Below, in pieces: positions 54,101 to 64,000 of a stretch of 64,000 nucleotides of DNA. The DNA is from Candidatus Kapaibacterium sp. (GTDB lineage: Bacteria > Bacteroidota > Ignavibacteria > Kapaibacteriales > UBA2268): assembly GCA_963664875.1 (NCBI GenBank), contig OY761611.1, forward strand, positions 2,112,001 through 2,176,000, in the 5' to 3' direction. The notes under the pieces were generated by a model. That model was not told the DNA's origin. It made no database searches and saw only the letters and a list, made by a program, of their open reading frames with translations. Within the stretch, counting starts at the first letter, position 1; each line of letters starts with the position of its first letter. A program made the translations under genes and the position numbers.

Positions 54101-57100
54101 ACTGACATCTAATCGCACCACTGTAGTATTGAAAAATGCCTATAATCTGGAACAGCTTGCTTAACTTCGTACATCTAATCGCACCACTGTAGTATTGAAA
54201 AATTGAGGCAACTGAATTAACGGACGACGGGACAAGTCATCTAATCGCACCACTGTAGTATTGAAAAATTGCAATATCAGATGTAACAGGCTTGCAGGGC
54301 GAGCCATCTAATCGCACCACTGTAGTATTGAAAAAAAATTCAAAACCTGAGCCGCCTCCGCCGCCCATTGCATCTAATCGCACCACTGTAGTATTGAAAA
54401 AAAGATAACATTAGTCATTTTTTTCATTTTAGAACTCCATCTAATCGCACCACTGTAGTATTGAAAACCAGCAGCAGCACTAACAATTCCAATCGGTTCG
54501 CAAGGCATCTAATCGCACCACTGTAGTATTGAAAACTTAGCTCTGCATAACTTGCAGCTCTATAACGCATCATCTAATCGCACCACTGTAGTATTGAAAA
54601 CCGCCTGCATTGCGTATCATCTGCCCCCGTGTACGACATCTAATCGCACCACTGTAGTATTGAAAACCGCCTGCATTGCGTATCATCTGCCCCCGTGTAC
54701 GACATCTAATCGCACCACTGTAGTATTGAAAAAAAGTATCAAACAATCCTGAAAACAAAGCTTGTACCATCTAATCGCACCACTGTAGTATTGAAAAAGG
54801 TCTAAATTTGCGTTTTTGGCTCTGATTACGCCACATCTAATCGCACCACTGTAGTATTGAAAAGTAATTTTAGTATTATCACCAGTACCGCCAGCTGTTC
54901 ATCTAATCGCACCACTGTAGTATTGAAAATTATAAGTAGATTTCCCTTGCGTTTCATAAAACAGACATCTAATCGCACCACTGTAGTATTGAAAATAAAT
55001 CCGAATATTTCAAGCCTACAAAGAACGAAAATCATCTAATCGCACCACTGTAGTATTGAAAACAATTAAATACTGATAATTCATTCCGTAAATAAACTTC
55101 ATCTAATCGCACCACTGTAGTATTGAAAATGCAATCCCATTGTAGAAACCACCGCACCAGTCATATCATCTAATCGCACCACTGTAGTATTGAAAATTGC
55201 TTATATGAGTTCCTTTGTAGTAAGTATCTACATCTAATCGCACCACTGTAGTATTGAAAACACTCTTAAAGATGAAGGCAAGGTAGCAATACCTGACATC
55301 TAATCGCACCACTGTAGTATTGAAAATTTTCGGCAACAGCACATACGGCAGAACTATCGTTCATCTAATCGCACCACTGTAGTATTGAAAATTGGATATC
55401 GTTATCAATATCATTCATAAAATCAGCCATCTAATCGCACCACTGTAGTATTGAAAACTAAGCTATCCAATGCCATTGCTTCGGATTCAAATTGCATCTA
55501 ATCGCACCACTGTAGTATTGAAAAAAAGAGTCTTTAAAGGCTACATATAAGCAAATGTTACATCTAATCGCACCACTGTAGTATTGAAAAAAATCAGCTG
55601 GAACCGGAAACTGAACACGCAAAAGCATCTAATCGCACCACTGTAGTATTGAAAACTGTTTATAATCAGCATGTTTTCTAATCTTTGTAAACATCTAATC
55701 GCACCACTGTAGTATTGAAAAAACCCTAAGAACTCCTTAACACCGTTTGCAATGTCCATCTAATCGCACCACTGTAGTATTGAAAACTGCAAATATTATT
55801 GATTACTTGCATCCAAAATCAGTCATCTAATCGCACCACTGTAGTATTGAAAATTTAAGTCAGCACAAATGATGTGTGATAAGCACGTACATCTAATCGC
55901 ACCACTGTAGTATTGAAAATATTCAAGATACAAGAATTATAGGAGCCCGTATATACATCTAATCGCACCACTGTAGTATTGAAAACAGGGTATAGGTGGG
56001 ATTGCTAACAGAATATATCACATCTAATCGCACCACTGTAGTATTGAAAAATTGTTCTTTAATTTTTGTATCTCTTTTAATCGAATCATCTAATCGCACC
56101 ACTGTAGTATTGAAAACACTAATCGGCAGCATAGTATCGACGTCTAACTCACATCTAATCGCACCACTGTAGTATTGAAAATGTTTTAATACTAAAGGGG
56201 GTAATCCATTATTATCTACATCTAATCGCACCACTGTAGTATTGAAAATCCATTATTGCATAATACAAATCTTCTTTGCTCATTCATCTAATCGCACCAC
56301 TGTAGTATTGAAAATGCATTATTTAGAAGTAATCCATGTTCAATATAACCCATCTAATCGCACCACTGTAGTATTGAAAAATTGTAGCTGCTGATGTGAT
56401 TGTGATTGACTGTAAAGCATCTAATCGCACCACTGTAGTATTGAAAAGTTAATGAATTGCCTAAAAGCCTATGCTCTTTATGCATCTAATCGCACCACTG
56501 TAGTATTGAAAAAGTTATACGAATTAGACGTTAATACAATGCTTCATACATCTAATCGCACCACTGTAGTATTGAAAACTCGTTATGAGTGAAACGGTAT
56601 ATGTGCCGGCTGGGCATCTAATCGCACCACTGTAGTATTGAAAAAACAAAAACACGGTTTTGTTCTTCAACAAATTGCACATCTAATCGCACCACTGTAG
56701 TATTGAAAACACCTAACTCGCCCGTGTTGTCATAGACTTGTTTGTCATCTAATCGCACCACTGTAGTATTGAAAAAAAAGTTATTTAGCTCACCGCCTGA
56801 CAAATTGCTACATCTAATCGCACCACTGTAGTATTGAAAAGGATTTGGCACGTACGCAATCAATTCAGATAACGAGGCATCTAATCGCACTACTGTAGTA
56901 TTGAAAAGCGTCTATTTCGTCTCTATGCCTAATTACTTTGTAGTCATCTAATCGCACCACTGTAGTATTGAAAAGCGAAAATCATTAGGCTCTTGAAGCA
57001 ATTTGATTTCACATCTAATCGCACCACTGTAGTATTGAAAAACGCAAAATGAATAACATCAAAGCACAAAGCGAGGGCATCTAATCGCACCACTGTAGTA

Positions 57101-60100
57101 TTGAAAATATAAACTCCAAACGTACTTTGTCAAACTCTTTCACCATCTAATCGCACCACTGTAGTATTGAAAATATAATCTATACGGATACTAATGAGCG
57201 ACGTATTTCATCTAATCGCACCACTGTAGTATTGAAAAGTTCTTTATGAACTATAACTAATTGATTGTTTTCAGCATCTAATCGCACCACTGTAGTATTG
57301 AAAAATTGGTGTTATATAGTAGGGGCGGCTAAGCCCCTATCATCTAATCGCACCACTGTAGTATTGAAAAGACATTGTGATAGGCTTTTTAAATTCTCTG
57401 CATTTCATCTAATCGCACCACTGTAGTATTGAAAAGAATCCCATGTTCGGGCCAATGGATTGTAAACGTTACGCATCTAATCGCACCACTATAGTATTGA
57501 AAACCAACAACAAGTGCATCTATTAAGTCGTTCGCTTCCTCATCTAATCGCACCACTGTAGTATTGAAAATATTCTGAAACATATTTTGCAATTTTTTTT
57601 AGTTTTCATCTAATCGCACCACTGTAGTATTGAAAATAATGAGAATGAAACATATTTTGATGAAGATACTTATGCATCTAATCGCACCACTGTAGTATTG
57701 AAAATTGACAATTTCCCCTGTATAAATAGCAGTTTTAGCCACATCTAATCGCACCACTGTAGTATTGAAAACCATTCAGCACTTTGTTTACATATTCTAA
57801 TTCAATTCATCTAATCGCACCACTGTAGTATTGAAAAGAAACATATAATGCTTTTATAGATTATATATATGCTTCATCTAATCGCACCACTGTAGTATTG
57901 AAAAGCTGATTTCGGAGCCGGCTATTACGTTCCTCGCTCCCATCTAATCGCACCACTGTAGTATTGAAAATTTTCTTTACCGATTCCACAGCTCTCACAC
58001 CCCCACATCTAATCGCACCACTGTAGTATTGAAAATAGCCGTAACAGAGTTAATTGTGGTGCTGTGGTCTCCATCTAATCGCACCACTGTAGTATTGAAA
58101 AAAAAAATGAGCACAAAAGTATTAAATCCAAATATTTCATCTAATCGCACCACTGTAGTATTGAAAATGCCGAGCAATTTATAACATTGACAGCCGACAC
58201 GACATCTAATCGCACCACTGTAGTATTGAAAATTGTGCAATATTCGTATAATAATAATCAGGTTCTTTTCATCTAATCGCACCACTGTAGTATTGAAAAT
58301 GAAACAGTGGTGTTTGAGGATGGTTCAAAACATCATCATCTAATCGCACCACTGTAGTATTGAAAAGATAAACTATAAAATTAGAATAACTACTTGCGTT
58401 CGCCATCTAATCGCACCACTGTAGTATTGAAAATGCACTTGAATTGAGCTGTCTGGGTGCTGATTGGCAGCATCTAATCGCACCACTGTAGTATTGAAAA
58501 CAAAGAACGGCTAAATCATTTAATATGGATTGCACTTCATCTAATCGCACCACTGTAGTATTGAAAACGATTAGCAACTGGTGGCATCGCTACGAGTGAT
58601 ACACATCTAATCGCACCACTGTAGTATTGAAAACATGAAATAATAAAATTGCATGAAAAATATGGCTTCCCATCTAATCGCACCACTGTAGTATTGAAAA
58701 AACGATATGACTTCCTTAAAGGTCAATTTGAGTATTACATCTAATCGCACCACTGTAGTATTGAAAAGTTTTTCAGTCAGTAGGCGGTGCAATCGGTGAA
58801 TTACATCTAATCGCACCACTGTAGTATTGAAAATGACTTCTAAGTTCAATAATCTTCAATGTAACTTTGTCATCTAATCGCACCACTGTAGTATTGAAAA
58901 ATCTATCTATTACATCTAATTGTAACGGATGTACGTGCATCTAATCGCACCACTGTAGTATTGAAAACCGGTTACGAGCTTAACAATTATATTGACTTAA
59001 AGGCATCTAATCGCACCACTGTAGTATTGAAAACCTTCTTGCTCAAATACCTGCTTAACTTCGTAACCGTCATCTAATCGCACCACTGTAGTATTGAAAA
59101 GTCTATTAGTGCCAAGTATTCAGAGTCACCGTACACATCTAATCGCACCACTGTAGTATTGAAAAAAATATCAGCAGGCTCTTTGTAGTCATCAATACCA
59201 AACATCTAATCGCACCACTGTAGTATTGAAAATATTTTTTAATATATGACTTTGCTTTTTGGTATAACACATCTAATCGCACCACTGTAGTATTGAAAAG
59301 TCATTTTCAATAGCCACTATATCCTGAGGTAATTTCATCTAATCGCACCACTGTAGTATTGAAAATTAGGCTGTCCATTAACACCTGAGCCTAAGAGCAA
59401 ACATCTAATCGCACCACTGTAGTATTGAAAATGTTTTTAAATCGAGTGAGTAAGTGAAACGTTCGTATCATCTAATCGCACCACTGTAGTATTGAAAATT
59501 GGAAGTTCAAAGTAAAGAGGTTGAATTTAAATTTCATCTAATCGCACCACTGTAGTATTGAAAATTTTGTAGAGCTGCCTGTATCGCTGTTACTATTCCC
59601 CATCTAATCGCACCACTGTAGTATTGAAAAACGTGCAGGGACTGCCAAACCGTCAAGTTTTGATTTCATCTAATCGCACCACTGTAGTATTGAAAATTAA
59701 TAATCGTTTCTAAATACATGCCATATTCTGCACCATCTAATCGCACCACTGTAGTATTGAAAATAGTATCAATAATACCTAAGACCGAGTCATACATGAC
59801 ATCTAATCGCACCACTGTAGTATTGAAAATATCTACTCATTTTGTAACTCCGATTGCTGTTGTTTGCATCTAATCGCACCACTGTAGTATTGAAAATTTG
59901 CAGGCATAGATATTTAGAGCCGAAAAAATGACATCTAATCGCACCACTGTAGTATTGAAAATTTAGTATATTTCTCTAACTTAACTATTATATCTTTCAT
60001 CTAATCGCACCACTGTAGTATTGAAAATTATCGGGCAGGTCGCCTGTATTTGATTGCCCTAAAACATCTAATCGCACCACTGTAGTATTGAAAACGGAAA

Positions 60101-61056
60101 TTTTATAGTATTGATCCTTTGATTACGTTGTCATCTAATCGCACCACTGTAGTATTGAAAAAAGGCTTGGAACGTGCGAGTATAACGAGATGTTTGGACA
60201 TCTAATCGCACCACTGTAGTATTGAAAATGAAGCAGACAGGCAGGCAGAAGAAGTAATATATACCATCTAATCGCACCACTGTAGTATTGAAAAGCTTGG
60301 AAGTTCGAAGATGCGTCATTATCGAGATGACATCTAATCGCACCACTGTAGTATTGAAAAGTTCCTGCCGTCCCTCCTCCTCGGAAATTTTATAGTACAT
60401 CTAATCGCACCACTGTAGTATTGAAAACCAACACGGAAAAGTCCAAGCTCGTTCGCTACCTGCCATCTAATCGCACCACTGTAGTATTGAAAATTATCAC
60501 TATTGACTGCATTCATAAGCTCTGAATAACATCTAATCGCACCACTGTAGTATTGAAAAACGAGCAGGAACTGCCAAACCGTCAAGTTTTGATTTAGCAT
60601 CTAATCGCACCACTGTAGTATTGAAAACTTCTATATCCTTAATACAATTTTCAACCGAAGCACATCTAATCGCACCACTGTAGTATTGAAAATTTTCTGT
60701 CTTAGCTTCACTTTCTAAGCTCTTGTGAACATCTAATCGCACCACTGTAGTATTGAAAAAAGAAATTTGGTAAAACTACTTTTTTATTGAACTCTCATCT
60801 AATCGCACCACTGTAGTATTGAAAGCTAATTTTTCGGCAATTTCCTGATTCGCTTCAAAAGCATCTAATCGCACCACTGTAGTATTGAAAGTTCATCACG
60901 TATAAGATTTTCAAAATAAATACAAAACATCTAATCGCACCACTGTAGTATTGAAAGGACCGACAACCGGGGTCGGTTTTGTTGTGGTTATATCATCTAA
61001 TCGCACCACTGTAGTATTGAAAGCAGCATTATGCCTTCAAAATTCCCCTCAAGAGG

Positions 61057-62248
61057 CAGGGATGATTTGTTCTTTGTAAATATCATATAATATAGTAAAT
61101 TATAGAAAGCCAAACACAAACTTTTCTAATCTGGGGGGATTTATGGAAAAGCAAACGTTAGTAAATTATCTTGATAAGTTGACAGATAAGCGTCGCAGGG
61201 AAGGCACACGCCATAATCAATCATTTGTATTATTGCTGGTTTTGATGGCGACTATGAGCGGACAATATGGCTATCGTGGCATAGAAAGATTTATAAAGAA
61301 GAATGCCGAAGACATACTGAAATATTTAAAGCCTCATAAAGATAGATTACCAACTTACGCAACAATTTTTAGAGTGGTAAATAATATAGATTTTGATGAA
61401 TTTGCACAGATTTTTAAAGAGTGGTCAAAAGTTTATGCAAAGCCTCAAAGCGGTGAAATAATCAGTATAGATGGCAAAGCTTTGAAAGGCACATTAGTAG
61501 AATACAATTCGAAATACCAGAACTTTATAAGCATTGTTTCTGCACATTCTCAATCAAGTAAAATGTCACTAAGTATAAGCAAATATGAGAATAAAAAATC
61601 AAGCGAGATAAGCGTAGTTGAAGAAATGATTAGAGATTTAGAACTGACTGGCGTAGTCTTTACAATGGATGCTTTACACTGTCAAAAAAACTCTAAGAAC
61701 AATTGTTAGTACTAACAACAACTATATTATTTGCGTAAAAAAGAATCAAGGTCGTTTGTACAAAGAACTGGAGAGTTTGAGTTCGAGCTGGTCAACAAAG
61801 ATCGATTATTATAAAACCGAAGAAACTAATAGAGACAGACGAGAAACTCGTAAAGTATATGTATATTCATTAAACGATAAAATTAAGAACGAGTGGTCCG
61901 GATCACAGCAATTAGTAAAGGTACAAAGGATTAGAAAAACAAAACAAATGCAGGAAGTTCATGTACATTATTATTTGAGCAGTCAAGAAAAACCAGCAAA
62001 GTATTATATGCAGAGCATACGAGGACATTGGGGCATTGAAAACCAGCTACATTGGGTAAAGGATGTGGTAATGAAAGAAGATGCTTGGAAAGTGAGAAAT
62101 ACACAAGCAGCTTCAGTCATGAGTATAATAAAGTCAATTTGTATCAATATTTTTAGGTCAAAGAAGCGTATTGATTGTACCAACTTTTTCTATGAGACTG
62201 CCGACAATGTAGAACTATTGGTGACTTTGTTAGAATGAATCAACCCTG
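61057..62248 (+). mobile_element. ISAs1-family IS inserted within a CRISPR spacer
   Basis: Ends CAGGGATGATT / AATCAACCCTG; flanks restore a 38-nt spacer if 10 bp were duplicated. Confidence 0.9.
61143..62238 (+). CDS. ISAs1 transposase split into two frames at an A7 run (slippage-dependent or pseudogene)
   Basis: D.RR..G.RH, IDGK.LKG, K.SEI, TMDALHCQK | VKKNQ..L, RGHWGIENQLHWVKDV...ED; junction TGTCAAAAAAACT at ~61680-61692. Confidence 0.85.
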
Positions 62249-64000
62249 CCTCTTGAGGGGTGGCATCTAATCGCACCACTGTAGTATTGAAAGAATAGTT
62301 ACAAAGAGGGTACGGAGGAAAATGAGAGGCATCTAATCGCACCACTGTAGTATTGAAAGTGACTTCGAAGCTCAATAATTTTGAGTGTAACTTTACATCT
62401 AATCGCACCACTGTAGTATTGAAAGAAGCTTTTGATAATATTCTTAGGTCTAAGGTATGGCCATCTAATCGCACCACTGTAGTATTGAAAGTAATACGTG
62501 TATCTGGTAGCGTTCGTTATTGATTTCCATCTAATCGCACCACTGTAGTATTGAAAGGTGCCTGCGTTTCTAACAAGATTCTAAAATTCATTCATCTAAT
62601 CGCACCACTGTAGTATTGAAATACATTACCAAGTAGTGTTACTCGGTTTAGTGATTTTGCATCTAATCGCACCACTGTAGTATTGAAATTTGAATATCGT
62701 TATCAATGTCATTCATAAAGTCAGCCATCTAATCGCACCACTGTAGTATTGAAATCCGATGGCGTGAACTATGCTGCAGCTACTGGAAGCGACATCTAAT
62801 CGCACCACTGTAGTATTGAAATTACATCCTCGCCCGCGGTCTTGAAAGTTGCTGCAAGCATCTAATCGCACCACTGTAGTATTGAAATTACATCTTTTCA
62901 ACTGCAAGCGTTGCAACTGCAATGCATCTAATCGCACCACTGTAGTATTGAAATTAAGGCGGTGTAATATGGCAAGAACAATAATAGTTAACATCTAATC
63001 GCACCACTGTAGTATTGAAATTGGATTAACGGCAGGTCGTCTAAGTTAGATTTTGGTCATCTAATCGCACCACTGTAGTATTGAAATACAGTGAATTATT
63101 AGACAAAAAATACTTAGATAACGCATCTAATCGCACCACTGTAGTATTGAAATCAAGCTCCTAATCTAAATAGAAAGCTTTGGCTTGACATCTAATCGCA
63201 CCACTGTAGTATTGAAATACTAAGTGGCAAATATCACATGATAACTACACACACCATCTAATCGCACCACTGTAGTATTGAAATTATGCTTATAAGTATA
63301 AGACCAATTCTCAAGTATATCATCTAATCGCACCACTGTAGTATTGAAATAAAACTTGTACCACACCCTGTGAGTTGTTCGGTATGCATCTAATCGCACC
63401 ACTGTAGTATTGAAATTGGATTAACGGCAGGTCGTCTAAGTTAGATTTTGGTCATCTAATCGCACCACTGTAGTATTGAAATCTTTTTCCTCTAATAATT
63501 GAACTATCAAAGTGTCTTGCATCTAATCGCACCACTGTAGTATTGAAATTGATTTTATGGTAGGCAGATATTTGTTTATCAGTTCACATCTAATCGCACC
63601 ACTGTAGTATTGAAATAGCTAGCAACTATAAAAACACTTTTGCACAATTTGCCATCTAATCGCACCACTGTAGTATTGAAATGATCATGAAGATATAGCC
63701 GCATATATCGAATACACCCATCTAATCGCACCACTGTAGTATTGAAATTAATCAGCACCAACTGTAAATACTATCTCATTGCCTTCATCTAATCGCACCA
63801 CTGTAGTATTGAAATGACTTGTCTTTATCTATTGATTCAAGTATAAAGCAATCATCTAATCGCACCACTGTAGTATTGAAATTCCAATACACATCGCTGT
63901 TATCAACTTCTTCTTTTAACATCTAATCGCACCACTGTAGTATTGAAATACAAATACGGTCTATTTAGTAGCTGTAAGAGTCGCTGCATCTAATCGCACC

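Larger units (their letters stand above)
45125..64000 (+). CRISPR. Very large CRISPR array, 30-bp repeat CATCTAATCGCACCACTGTAGTATTGAAA(T/A/G), ~35-38 nt spacers, about 265-270 repeats, continues beyond window
   Basis: Regular ~66-bp period; ATTGAAAN 3' end fixes + orientation; count estimated from length, not enumerated. Confidence 0.99.

Noticed and set aside
45449-63761. Many short ORFs within the CRISPR array
   Set aside because: Translations of the repeat (NTTVVRLD, QYYSGAIR, SNRTTVVLK); not genes.
45125-64000. Self-targeting spacers against genes in this window
   Set aside because: None noticed by eye, but an exhaustive comparison was not possible; needs an alignment.

Overview
AT-rich bacterial window, probably Ignavibacteriota/Kapabacteria-like (FCB superphylum), inferred from two proteins with type IX secretion C-terminal sorting domains plus clear Shine-Dalgarno use. 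Three zones. (1) 1-21290: accessory region with a + strand cluster of membrane, zinc-ribbon, GYF_2, FISUMP and EcsC-TerB genes, two T9SS cargo proteins, an IS1380 inserted into an IS21 relic, and a minus-strand module of ECF-type promoter, ~100-nt cloverleaf RNA, HTH-only gene, rtcB, unknown ORF and prfH next to a tyrosine integrase. (2) 21276-36396: a ~15 kb integrative defence island bounded by a 15-bp tRNA-3'-end-like direct repeat. It carries a paralogous HTH gene, a nonsense-disrupted Rep, a PD-(D/E)xK nuclease, a YeeA/YeeB/YeeC-like MTase-helicase-GIY-YIG system, DUF4917, DUF2513 and two tandem integrases. (3) 37156-64000: a divergent type I-B CRISPR-Cas operon (cas6-5-3-8-7-4-1-2) and a very large array (roughly 265-270 repeats, running off the window). 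The last base of the repeat switches in four clean blocks (T, A, G, T), and the array contains an ISAs1 whose target-site copies are inverted rather than direct. All family assignments are from motif recognition by eye, not database searches.
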